In this document: in pieces, positions 52,045 to 64,000 of the stretch
Layout of the letters: every line of letters starts with the position of its first letter
Numbering within the stretch: position 1 is the first letter of the stretch
Assembly (NCBI GenBank): GCA_964019335.1
Contig: OZ025654.1
Span: 186,001 to 250,000, forward strand
Source: Diplonema japonicum
Taxonomy: Eukaryota > Protista > Euglenozoa: Diplonemea
Length of the DNA: 64,000 bases
Reading direction: 5' to 3'
Made by a program: the position numbers and the translations under genes
The notes under the pieces: model-generated
The model's database searches: none
Told to the model about the DNA's origin: nothing
What the model saw: the letters and a program-made list of their open reading frames with translations, nothing else

Positions 52045-53882
52045 TTGACATCTGTGGGAAGAAGGGTAGAAAGAGTGATACAAAGAATACACAGAAAAAC
52101 TACGAAAACAACCGGAACAGGGAGAAGGATGACAACACAGTTAAAAAGAAGAAGAAGAAAAAAACTGTAACCAAGAGGAAGATAAAAGAAGAATAAACTG
52201 TAGAGGTGTTATTCCTTTTTCTTTCCTCCTTATTGAATATTGTCATTCTTCTTGTTTATTCGAAATCTCCTGCTTCCTGAAGTCTGTGGGAAAGTGGTGA
52301 CAAAGAAAATAAAAATAAAAATAAGAGGGGGCTTCTAAAAGGCCGCAAAAACCCGGTTAGCTCTTTCAGTTTCTGGCCATTCGATACAGGTGACAGAGAC
52401 CAGTCCTGTGTCATTTCAGACTCTTTATGGCTGCTGCGACTGAAACGCGAAACTGTGGATACGATCCGCCCCACATGGCGTGCTCGGTCCAGATGTAAAT
52501 ATGCAAAAAAGAACAACGGCTGGTCATTCTTTGTTTGCGCGTAATGGTTACAAACCATTTTCCTTTTTAATAAATTACTAATAAAGAAATTATTTGTACG
52601 CATAACACGCCAACGTTCTTTAACATATTCTAAAGACCTTACCCCAGTATTAAAAGAATAAAATAACTCTTTCATTTCCCGATAATATTATTCTTTCTTT
52701 CTTCGCTCCATATTAAGTACAAAAAGGCGTTTTCATTTTGTTTATGCTGAACAAGCATTCTACCCAATAAAATCATCACGCTGCCATCAACTAGTTCTTA
52801 GTCTCGACAATAATATTGTTAAGACGAAAGAACAGAAGTTTAACACAGCTTTCTTCTGTCCATTCACCATCGAAAGAACGCCTTAAACCTTTAAAAAAAA
52901 AGAAGAAAGAGAAAAAACTATAAAACACAGGGATGGCTTTTTTAATTACTTTCTTTCGTTCTCCAACCCTGGGGATCAGCATGCGCTGTACCGGGAACAC
53001 TAGCCGTTCTTATTTTACCTCTAAGTATAACCTCGTCTCTTACTCAAAGAGAGAGCCAGCAAATGCCCCTGGTGATGTCTTAAAAAATAAAAATAAAAAT
53101 AAAACTGCAGTCTTCTTATTATTAAGTGGAATCAGGGGAGCATCATCTCCACAAGGATTGGCAGAAGCAAGTTAAAAACAAATGCAGGCTGTCGAGACCT
53201 AGCTATCGCGCTTCGACTTTCACAGTTTCCTGTTTCGTTGTTTTGTTCTTTTTGTTGGCTGAACGGAAAAGAAAAACCTTTTTTTCTTTTTTTTTTCTTT
53301 TTTTTTTTTTTGCACGCACTGAAGCGAAATAAACGAAACTAGTGAAAGGGGGGAGACGGCGGAATTTCTTTTTTCTTTTCTTCACATTCTGACACTCTGT
53401 GATCTTTTCAAAATGCTTGAGGCACATCGCCGGAGGGGTTTGCACTAAGAAATCGGGCTTTCTTGGTGAGCAGATCCTAACGCAAGTAGTTTGAAATATG
53501 ACAGCTGTTGGGGTTTCCAAAGAGGGGGAGGGGGAGGGGGAGGGGGGGGTGACCAAAAGCTGGTCTTTCGTTTTCGCGAAGAGAAACGTTATAAAAAAAA
53601 AGGGAAAGAAAAATATCTGTATTCTTCAAAAAAGAATTGAAAAGGTGGTATTTTGGTATGTGTTTCTTTTTCTTTTTCTTCTTTTTTTTTTTCTTTTTGT
53701 GCTTTGTCCTCTCACTTTAGAGGACCACTGAGAAATCCAATGGCAGGCAGGTTGATATCGAGAAAAAGAACAAATAAATCCGAGAAGGAAGGCCATTGAT
53801 TGTGCTTTGTTCTGATCAAGTGATGCTTCTGGAAGGGCCTAAAGCCCGACGCAGAGACAAGGGATTCTCCCTTTTTCTTTAA

Positions 53883-55061
53883 CCCCTAAACGCCCGCGCG
53901 GACGTTTTTGTCCTTATTTCAAAATTTGCTTTTTCGCTAAGTACTTTCTTTTGAACACGGCCGCTGGACTTCAAAATATGGCATTGTTGCGCGGTTTATT
54001 TTGTCTTGAAACTACATTTTTGCGTTAAAACTTTTGTTTTAATTGAAACCGGCAGGGTTGGCTTAAAATGAAATCAGATGGTCAAAATAGCAGCGAAAAC
54101 GTGAGTCTCCCCCGACTGGTCAGATATCAAGGTAATCGCTACATGCGACTCATAAAACGGTTACCTGGCGAACTTCAACATTTTCAGCAAGAAGTCCACA
54201 ACACAGGACCTAGTCATGCGTACTGTCGACTCCTAAGGGTTTGCTGTCGACCCCTGACCGGCAAGACCAGCTCCAGGGGACTGGAGTTCGGCATATGAAA
54301 ACCCGGAAGTAGTCGTTATTTATTGGGTCCTGGGCTGGTTGCCAACTCCTCCATAATCTGGAAGAAGAGCAGGGAATGTGGCAAAAATTATGGCTTCCCG
54401 AGCTTCAAAGAAGAACTTGTTGGCAAGCTTCTCACCCATGCCCCAAAAACCGATAGCACACACCCCCGACAACACCGTCACCGACCCCCAAGCGCAAACA
54501 CGCTAGCAATGAGGATTCCCTCACTCAGAAATACCCAAAACGTCTCGATTTGACCCTAAATCACACCTCCGAGACCATGATGAACGGAACGAAGGTGAGG
54601 AAGAAGGTGCAAACGTGGTGCCCCTGTTGCAAAACCTCCTTATGCAAAACGTGTTTTTTACCCTTGCATGCTACCCCAGCTGGAAAAAAACTCACAAGTT
54701 GCTTTTTTCATCCCGCAGCCCCAAAAAGTCTCCAGACTGACCTCAATCCTAGAGTTCAGGGCACCAAATAGGGCTGAATGCTGCCCTTTTTACCCCAGCC
54801 ATAACTCCACGGACCCCCCACGACAAGACCCCCCAAAATCGGACATAAAAAGTACACCTTCAATCCCCCTCTTACACACATAGTTAAGTGTTCTCATCTG
54901 AATCTGGCACCTGGAATTGAAAACTTTAGTACTGTTTACCCTTTCCTTGCACCTTCCTATGATTGCATGCTGCCCTTTTTTTGAGTATTTAAAGCAACAA
55001 CGAAAATGGGGGGGTACCGTAGATAGGCTCCGGGCCTTTAGTAATAAGGAAAGGAGAGGGG
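53883..55061 (+). mobile_element. Internally deleted, decayed piggyBac element
   Basis: TTAA|CCCCTAAACGCCCG left end; right end CGGGCCTTTAG..GGGG|TCAA; transposase remnants LVANSSIIWKK..FKEELVGKLL and C-terminal Cys-rich RKKVQTWCPCCKTSLCKTCFLPLH. Confidence 0.78.
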
Positions 55062-55076
55062 TCAAAAAAAAAAAGT

Positions 55077-55152
55077 AATTTAAATGAGTTAAAGGAAGTC
55101 GTTGTGAGACGCCAACTCTTCTTCTTCGATGCAAATATTACTCGTGGCCACG
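55077..55152 (-). mobile_element. Short 3' fragment related to the LINE
   Basis: GGCGTCTCACAACGACTTCCTTTAACTCATTTAAATT matches the LINE 3' end at 11650-11689. Confidence 0.65.
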
Positions 55153-55410
55153 AAAGAATATCTTTAACTATTGTTGCATTTTTTGAACAAAAAAAAAAAA
55201 CAAAAACAAAAAGAAGAAAAAAACAAAGAAGAAAAAAGAAGAAGAAAAAAACCAGACACCTAAAGTTCGCGTTTTCACGCTCACCACCAGCTTTATAATA
55301 TTATATAAAAAAAGAGTCGGTTGATTGTTGTTTGTGGTTAACCTGTAGAAGGATAAGCCCAACAATGCTACCCTACTCTTTTTAGCACTAACAATTCATT
55401 TTCAATATAT

Positions 55411-56730
55411 GAGCTCGTCCGGACGAAAATGTCAACACTTTTTTGGGCACCTCCGAAAACTTCTTGTTTTGATTATTTGAGCACAAAAAGGGCAGCATGC
55501 AACCATAGGAAGATGACATATATGGTGTACATGACGCCGTTCTTTCAATTGCGATGCTTGTTTTGCCATGAGGGTGGCAGGCTTTGCAACCGGCTGCCCC
55601 CGGGAAGCGAAAAATAGAGGTCAGAAAAACGGCGAAAAATGTTTAAAATGTAATTTTATTGCTTAAAATGCAGCATCTAGGGTGCATAAAACTGGTGATC
55701 AAGCGTACTTGTGAGGTCGGGTTACTGTTAAAAGTACTTAGCGAAAAATATATGGCGCCGCATAGCCCCCGAAAATCCGGTTTTTTACACCCTATTTTTT
55801 GACTTTTTCAAGGGGTTCCTAAGGGATTTTGGCCTTTTTCAGAAAAACCAATTCTTAACAATTGCCTGCTCGTGCAGAGCTTCGACATTGGTATCTTTGG
55901 GGCCAAACTTTCATTCTCTACCCATCTGCTGAGGCTTTTCCTTTTCTTTTGCACTCATAATGCTTTAAAAGTGAAAATTTTGCTTTTTTAAGGGGTTTTA
56001 AAGGGATTTTAGCCTTAAATAGGCCAAAATGGCACTTCAAGGGTAAGTTCTCCCCACCCCATTTTAATAGTGATTTAGAGTCCAGCCCACCCAAAGGTTT
56101 CACAGATTTTCAATCTGCGTCCATTCCTCCTGTCGCTTTTCACGGAAAAACGAAAATAAACTCGATGATTTAAAGGAAGCCGGTGGGGGCACCCTGCACA
56201 AGCACCATTTACTTGATTACAGGGGGCGCACCTCGGCCTAGCTGTAGCTTCTTCTGCGTTCCGCGTCGTGTCCTTAATGCGTGCGGTGTGCAGCTCAACC
56301 CCAGCCGGGGCGCCCCGGGTAACCAAGATTCTGAGCCCGTGTAGTTTGCTGCCTGTTCGCCACCCAGAGCATCTGCTTCTTCCACTTGGGCGCTACCGGT
56401 GATGACCGACGGGGAGGTCAACAGCGAGCAACACATCTGATGTACTTCTTTATATTTTCATGTTATCCCCACCACCAATAAAAATGGGGTCTGGGTTATT
56501 TGTAACTTCCAAATTGAATCATTTGCCAAAAACCATTCTAAAAAACATGTTTTTGCACATGCGTTTTAAAAACAAAACAAACGACGAGCATTTGACCTAT
56601 ATGGTGTTCAAGCTTAGACTGCATTTCTGCACACAAAGTGGTGTCGGACTACTTTTTTACTTAGAAATTTAACGGGGGTTTTACGCCGCATAGGAGGGTC
56701 ATTTGTTGACATTTCTTTCCGGACGAGCTC
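55411..56730. mobile_element. Non-autonomous TIR element with 4-bp TSD (Sola-like)
   Basis: ATAT|GAGCTCGTCCGGACGAAAATGTCAACA ... TGTTGACATTTCTTTCCGGACGAGCTC|ATAT. Confidence 0.8.
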
Positions 56731-57213
56731 ATATATATTGTTTTTCTTGTTCATGCAATACAAAAAAAAACCCCCTCGAAGATGAAATAAAGGAGGTTCC
56801 TTGTTTTGGAACATTCCCTTGTCTACCCTTTTTCCACCTAAAAAAAAAATTCCAAATATGGATACAGAAAAAGGATGGATAAAACGGCTACAACTCTGTT
56901 TTCCCCCGTTGTAGCTCATAACGCTATGGCTTTGGGGGGGGAAAGGAAAGAAAAAGGAGAAGAAGTGCACCAGTGACCAGTGGATGATATCACCCGGGGT
57001 TCCCAGTCCACCGCTGGGCAAAATAAGAAAGAAGTGTTTATAGCCTCCCCCCTCTTTTTTCCACTTTTTGGAGAGAGTCTTCTATATGTTCCCAGTGTTT
57101 TGTATTGTGATAGCTAAGCATCTGTGCCAAAACAAATAAGGGACATTTTTTTTCTTTTTCTTTTTCGGTTCGCTAAAAGATTTTGAATTCGCCAACAGCA
57201 TAGAAAGTAATAT

Positions 57214-57514
57214 GAGCTCGTCCGGACTAAAATGCCAACACTTTCTATTTGGCAGTTCGAAAATCTTTTGTTTTGATTTTTGAGCAAAAAAAGGGCAGCA
57301 TGCAACCATAGGAAGATGACATATATGGTGTACCTGTTGCCGTTGATGCTTTCGTTTCAAGGGGTTCCGCAGAAAAACCAATTCTTAACACTTCGACATA
57401 GGTATCTTTGGAGCCAAACTTGCATCTCCACCTATCTGCTACATATAGTAGTTTAACGGGGGCTTTTTGTTACCTAGGAGGGTCATTTGTTGACATTCTT
57501 TTCCGGACGAGCTC
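57214..57514. mobile_element. 301-bp deletion derivative of the Sola-like element
   Basis: Same TIRs; internal blocks match about 55411-55545, 55840-55930 and 56670-56730. Confidence 0.8.
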
Positions 57515-58941
57515 TATGATATGGTAAAAAAACTTGTCGTTACTTGGTTTTTGCGCTCCACTGCCCTCCCCTCCGATACAGCGGTGAACCCTGTGCAAGG
57601 CTCAGCAGGGGCACGTGTTTTGCTTCAAGATGTTGAGTATCTGACCACAACTGTAGTGGTTGATAAGAATATAAAAAAAATGAAACTATTATCGATTTTT
57701 CCTTTATTTCGTCCCACCTAGACAACATGGTTATCTAACTTTCTTTTTATCTTTTCTTCTTTTCTTTCTTTTTTGACAATTCGAGGAAAAAAGGAAGAAC
57801 AAAAAAAAAAAAAAAGCTTTTCTTTTTAAAAAAAAGATCTATTCCTTTTGCTTCCACGATAGTTTCTTCTTGACCTTTCAAAAAAAAAATGTTGCTGTGC
57901 AGTATGACATGCGCACCCTGCCTGTGGTCCCGTAGAAGATAAAAGTGGAGAGAAAGAAAGAAAGCATAGCTTTGAAAGGAGAGGGCCAAGAGGATCTTGT
58001 GAGAGGCATGCTTCACTGGCTACTTGCCAGACCACCTCTTTGTTCGATGTAATGCAATGGACTCTCTGTTATCGCGAGAGCTTCCCTTTCGCTTGTGTCT
58101 CCTCTCAATCCACAATTTACCAGGAACCACCACAGGAGGTTGGAAACATGGTCCTTCAAAAAAAAAAGGGGGGTTGAAAAATTAAACGTTGCCCATACGG
58201 GTCTTCTGGGTTCAAAAAATAGTCGAGGAAGGGTTAGTAGAGAAAAGGAATGGGAGACAGCAAACTTGTAAGAGGTAAACGAGGCCAGTGTCATGTCTCA
58301 AATGTGGTAGCTCGTGCGGTTTGCTGCCTGTTCGTCACTCACATCTCCATGTTTCCACCTTTGGAAAAAAAAGAAGAAGATCACGTCTCGAATTACCCCA
58401 TTTTTGAATCTAGCAAAATCTGAGTGGTGAAAAGTCTTTGAATAAATCTCCTTTAAAGAAAAAGCCTTTCAACCTTCTGCCGAAAACCATGATACACAGT
58501 TAGAAAAATCTTTTGACCTTAGAATGTGAGACGGATATAAAAAAAAAGAGAGACATTTTTAAAAGGTCACATTGATGCAAACGGCTGCGGGGGGGGGGGG
58601 GGGGGGAATTAGAAGTGGGGATGTTGATAACAGAAATTCACTGTGATCCTCATTCATTCACTCGGGCGGATATATATAAAAACGGGCACAGAAAAACTCA
58701 GCAGCAATGATGCTAATACAAAGGACACCAGTAATTATTGCGTTACTAACCTCGTGGCACTTTCTGTTCGGCTTAATACATCGCACACTTGAGAAAGAAA
58801 AAAAAAAGAAAGCTGCCGACGGCTTTTGGTAACGCGCGATGGAGCCTGTGCGAAGTCAAAAAATAAAACAAAATAAAATAAAACATACCACACTTAGTCA
58901 TTATGGCTTTAAAAAAAAAAAAACAACTTTCTTTTACAGTG

Positions 58942-61744
58942 TTAAAGCAAAACGTTTTTATCAAGAAGCGGGATACTCCTGTCAAAAACGGGGTTATTTA
59001 CTGAAGACCGCTGAGAGGCAAGAAGGGAGTTCAGGTTACCCGGACCAGAGTGGGGGGAATCGAGGCTCGTGTTGTGATCATCGAAGTCCTGCATCTCTGA
59101 CTCAACGGCAAGATTGTTATAAGCAAACCGAACACCAGCGCGACGGCCCATTGCTACATCGAATCCGTAGGTGATGAGCTCCCAGCTGCTTTTGCTCATG
59201 AGAATGATGGCTGACACGAAGAGAAGGTATCCAGAGAATGTGAAGTAAGGACTGGTGGGGGGCAACGTACGTGTGATTCCAATAGACATAAGAAAAACCG
59301 AAACCGTCATCATGCCTGCTAGGGAGATACCCAAGATGTTGTCAAATGGGGCTGCGAACGGGCGCAGCAAGATGTATCCAGTGCTGTACAGGCACATCAT
59401 CAGCGTGATCATGAAGTTCCTCCCGTTGCACGATGAAGGCGTCGACGGTCTCCACGTGGACAGTACCGACAGAAACAGCACCACAAGCACCTCAACGATG
59501 ATGAACCACGTATGGCCTTCTTTGTACAGCTCGAAGATCAAACCATACTGCTCCGCAAAGCTGCCCCTCTTGGACACCCACACCACCTCTCCAAACACAA
59601 ACCGGTACAACGCCGCACGCCACCCACTATACGGCGTAGCGTCACTCAATGCCCCCTTGTGCAGCATCGGGTCCTTCACCGCCACAGCTTCTTCAGGTAT
59701 CCTGCGTATTATCTTCACCCACAGCACGACAGGGGACGCGAAGCACAGCAGCATCAGACCCCACCCCAAGATGGTCGACCCCGCAGAGTCAGGGAAGAAG
59801 GACAGTCTTGCAGCTACAAGACTTGTACCCTGCAACAAACAGAAGTACGGGATAAACAGCAAACCTGGCGACTTTGCCATCCCCATGGCAGTCTGCCAGT
59901 CGGTTTTCATGTACATTTTGATGCCGCACGACACGGCAAGCATCAGCATCATGCAGCACACTGTGATCACGACATTCATGATCCCTGCACCGACCATGTA
60001 CTTGCGCCTCCCGTTCCCGATGGGTATCCTGCTGGGGTGGAACTCCCAGTCGAGGTTCTCTTCCTCTGCGATATCGACGTCCTCCATGTTACACCCGAAG
60101 CTCCTGAACAACGCCATCTTTCCTGCATTCCCAACGCCTGTCCCTCCTACAAGTAAGCTGCTGGCTACAGCCGCACTTCCAGCTGCCTTGGAAGCTTGTT
60201 TTGCTTTCTTGGCGCCTTCTGTTTCTGCAACAGCAGAAGGAAGTTCATAGGCATTTGTTGGCTCCGGTGCCACTGAAGGCTCCGAAGTAGCAGGTGCTAG
60301 AGATGCCGCGGGCAGTGCTGTGGGTACTACTGTCATTGTATCCGGTATGTCTGTGGCTGGAGCACTGGTCGGCTGTGCTGTCGGTACAGAAGTGGTTCCG
60401 GGTACCCGTGTGGGTGGTGAATTAGTTGTAGGGGCACTAGTGGCAGGAGCACCACTGGAAGGAACGCCAGTTGCAGGAGCGCTGGTTGGCTGTGCTGTCG
60501 GTATAGAAGTAGTTCCGGGTACCAGTGTTTCAGGGGCCGTTGTCTCTGGCGCGGGCGTACTAGGAGCGTTGGTTGCGGGCGATGGGGTGGCAGGGGCTGG
60601 TGTTGCTGGTGCTGTGGTTGCAGGTGCGTCTGTCGGTGCCCTGTAGTGTGGTGCATGAATAACTCGCGACATACCAATTCAGCGACAGATCGCCAGTCGT
60701 GCAGGCAGAGTTTGCACACATCTTGTTTGTGTACCACCCTGTAGTAATGTCGATACCATTACAAGACGTATCCCCGGGGCAGTCGAAGGAACACGATGTT
60801 GCCGACCCGCAAGCAACAAACGAGTCGATGCAACCTGAGTCGCCGTGGCACAAGAAACTGCATGACTGGCCGCAGTCGACCGTGGAGCCGACACACGAAT
60901 CAGAACCCGTGCATTTCATCGTAAGCGAGCCGCCTTGACCTCTGTCGTGCTTTACGGTGATTGCCCGGCAAGCGTCACTTTTGCATTCCACTTCACAGCC
61001 CATGAGAGTGGGGCACTGCACAGTGGCCAATTCGCATGAATCATCTTCTTCACAGGTCACCTTGCAGACAGCCAACTCGGGGCACGTGATAAGCGCGTTT
61101 TTGCATGATTCTTCATTTTTACATTTTAAGGTAAGGGCTCCGGAGCTATTCGGAGGCTGCAGGATCTTTGCGTTTTTGCAATTGCCCTCTTTGTTGCCCG
61201 ACTGCTTAAAGCATTCCACGTCACAGCTATCCGTCGCAGGGCATAAGATGCTTGCGTTCTTGCAGCCGTAGCTTCCAGAACAGTCCACACCCAAGTAGCC
61301 CCCTGTAGAGCTTAATGTAGCGAGTTCACAAGAGTTGCTAGAACTGCACGTAACCATGCAGGGGTTATGGGAACCGCACTCGAAGCTCATGCTGTTGCAG
61401 GCACCGGAAGCAGTGCATTCGATTGTTATGGTGCCCTCGCCACTTACCACTAGGGACGAACAAGAAGTGGAATCCGAGCAGAAAATGTCGCAATTTGCGC
61501 CTGCAGGGCAGTTGATATGTGCACCGGCACACGAGTTGTCCTCGCAGTTTATTGTGTTCGTATTGCCGACCGCGCCATAGATGTTGCACTGAACACACTG
61601 CGAACTCCGACAAGTCAAGGTTCCGCCTGTCGAAGGGAAATAAAGTTGCGGGCAACCTGCTGGTGTGACTGACAAAAAACTGGGACCGGGAACCACCGCT
61701 GCTCCCCACGCTATGTTCATCAACAAGACGAAGAACGCGATCAT
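58942..61744 (-). CDS. Cys-repeat ectodomain + Pro/Thr stalk + 7-8 TM protein, split by an apparent 1-nt frameshift near 60640
   Basis: ORF 60560..61906 (signal MIAFFVLLM at 61744; C-x5-C-x5-C repeats) and ORF 58942..60672 (PT stalk, LDWEFHPS, LLQG, GEVVW, LYKEGHTWF) join if one G of CAGGG is removed. Confidence 0.8.
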
Positions 61745-63462
61745 AGTCCAAGCATTGGCGAAGCCTGTGGTGATGTTAGGCGCGGCACCTTCTAAGAAGA
61801 AAAAACTCTGAATAGCTGCTGTTTCTTTTACAACTACATCTTTCTGCTTCACAACAGGTTTTGAGTAAGCTTTTGTTTCGCCTTTATAAGCCCGCTGCTT
61901 TGCCAAAAAAAAAGCCCCTCACCGGACCCCCTCCCCGGACTTGTGTGTCACAAGACTGTAGGAACGAAAAAGAAACAATCGCTTATTCAGAGACATTTAG
62001 GAAAAAGAGAGAGAGGAGGGGGGAAGTGAGAACGGCAGCACTCCGCCGAATCTATCTGATCAAGAGGGACACGTGTTGTGCCTTCCTAACGGTTACGGTT
62101 ACTAACCTTAATCACGACAACAATGAGCTCCTATGGGATTGACCACCTTACGTGATTTCCCTTCCTCTTGTACCTTTCTTAAATTCTTTCTTTTCTTCTT
62201 TTCTCCTTCAGCCTTGATATCCTCGCAGGGTGCGTGCTGAGGGTTTCAGTGAAACGCTATTCTCTCTTGTCATGAAAAAAAAAAAAGAAATGACGAATCT
62301 ACTTTTCACTTTGCTTTTATAATAATTAGTCGTTCTTTCTCTCTTGTTTCTGGCCGTCGCATGATGGACGCAAGCGTATTGATCCAGAAACATAATATGA
62401 ACAAAGAGAGGAACTGGCCGTTGTTTGCACGTTGACAACGTCCCCCTTTTTGTTTAGACAAGTCAAGGACTCGTTCTTGCATAAAAAGGAGAGGGAAAAA
62501 TAGAACGGCCGTGTTGCTGCCACTCCCTTTTTCTTTCTTTCTTTCTTTCTTTCTTCCTGCACTCATGCCATGCATAACGAAGGGAGACTCCCAGCAAGTC
62601 CCTAACAAAAGCAAAGTACTACTAGTCAACTGAGGTGTGGATACTAATTGGGGCTTGTGTGAAGGTGCAAAAAAAAGGGGGGGGGGATTACATTAGTTTT
62701 ACTTCAACCCTTTTTGGAATGGGGGGAAAGCGGGGAACCAGAGAAAAAATAGTAATAGAGTAACTCAAAGAATAGGAGAGCGATGGAGTGAGAGAGAATA
62801 TGTCATATGAGGAGTTGTTTTTCTTTTTCTCTTTTTTTAATTAACTTCCCTTCCTATTTTTCCGATCATGTTTCCTTCCTTGAGCCAGGTACCTAGGCTT
62901 AACACTTCGCTCCAAAAATTTCGTTTTTCTCACAAAAGAATAAGGGATGTTTTTGTAAACTGAAACAAATGAGGATATTGGGACACCAGAGGCCTTTCTT
63001 CCTTCGGTGGTGCTGCCGTTCCATGAAATAGGTCTAGCAACTGGCAGACTAAAAAGAAAAGACAAAAATGAAGAAATGCTAGTCCCAGATACTATTAGTT
63101 AGTTAAAGAGAAACAAAAAGGCGATGTTTAAGGGCAAATCCCACTTGAGGACCACCCTTAGGGGGTGGGGGTCTATCTCTTGATGCTTCCTTTTTGGAGC
63201 CTCGCTTTCGTTCCGATGGCTTTCTCGGAGAAAGCTCACATAAAATATAAAAAAGAAAATAGTAAAAATAAAACAAACAAAAACGCGCTTCATGTTCCAA
63301 AATGTTTCACATTTATTGGTATTCATTACTGCTTTCTGAAGTGCAATCTTTTCTCCCCCCCCCCCTGGTAAATAGATTTAGCTTACACCTATGGGTGGTT
63401 GGGCGAAGAAGAAAAAAAGGTTGTTTGCTGTTATTTTGCGCAGAATAGTGTTAACGAAGTGC

Positions 63463-63596
63463 CAGGCTATGCTGGCAAGGAAACGCGTTTCCAAGCATTC
63501 TTTTGAAAATAACTCTGAAAAGGAAACGCGTTTCCTTAAGTATCTGAAAAATAAGGAAACGGAAACGTTTCCCCGTTTCTTGCCAACATAGCCCTA
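63463..63596. mobile_element. MITE family A, copy 4
   Basis: CAGGCTATGCTGGCAAG ... CTTGCCAACATAGCCCTA. Confidence 0.8.
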
Positions 63597-63598
63597 GA

Positions 63599-63858
63599 CA
63601 TAGTGGTGAAGCTCGCATTCTCGCACAAAAAGAATCTGAGCCGAAATTCTCACAAAACGACTCGCATTCTCGCACACTCTCGCACCTCGTGTCATTCTCG
63701 CACATGCTGGTGTGCACTTCAGATGTGCATGTGTCAAAAATAACCCCCCCCCTCGAAGATTTTGACACTCAGGCACACCTGTTGAAATCCTCAGCCAAAA
63801 AAGATTCTCGCGTCATTCTCGCATTCGAGAATTTGGTGCGAGTCGTTTCACCACTATG
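63599..63858. mobile_element. MITE family B
   Basis: TIR CATAGTGGTGAA / TTCACCACTATG; subterminal CATTCTCGCA repeats. Confidence 0.75.
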
Positions 63859-63860
63859 CC

Positions 63861-63975
63861 TAGGGCTATGCTGGCATGGAAACGCGTTTCTATGCATTTC
63901 TGAAAAAAAGGGAAACGGAAACGGATACGGAAACGGAAACGTTTCCCTATTTTGGGGCCGTTTCCTTGGGCAGAA
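63861..63975. mobile_element. MITE family A, copy 5 (left part)
   Basis: TAGGGCTATGCTGGCA followed by GGAAACGCGTTT and GGAAACGGAAAC repeats. Confidence 0.7.
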
Positions 63976-64000
63976 ACATAGCATGGTTACCTAAATGTGG

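Noticed and set aside
32570-53882. 21-kb composite transposon between inverted piggyBac ends
   Set aside because: Both are the same end with interiors facing away from the intervening genes, so they do not enclose it.

Overview
Eukaryotic genomic DNA, most likely a euglenozoan such as a diplonemid. This is an inference from the largely intron-free genes, the trypanosomatid-type receptor adenylate cyclase and PDE motifs, the Pro/Thr-repeat surface proteins and the polypyrimidine-AG sites just before start codons. All credible protein genes (about 19 host genes plus a LINE) lie on the minus strand. Contents: a Kelch-EGF-TM receptor adenylate cyclase running off the left edge and missed by the ORF track; four paralogous proteins built as ectodomain + Pro/Thr stalk + 7-8 TM domain, one split by a 1-nt frameshift and two sharing a near-identical 235-bp tract; an apparently intact 6.2-kb APE-RT LINE whose ORF2 overlaps ORF1 in the -1 frame and has a 2A-like GIHPNPGP motif; a PDE fragment cut by a 200-N gap; two sensor-fused degenerate cyclases (Cache-like and CHASE); two identical GH27 alpha-galactosidase genes; LRRC51-like, ACSF2-like, PKD/mucin, SET, CS-domain and STE-kinase genes. 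Intergenic DNA is homopolymer-rich and holds decayed DNA transposons (piggyBac, pogo/Tc2-like, Sola-like, hAT-like MITEs) and an unusual strand-asymmetric hairpin element. All family assignments come from motif recognition by eye; no searches were run.
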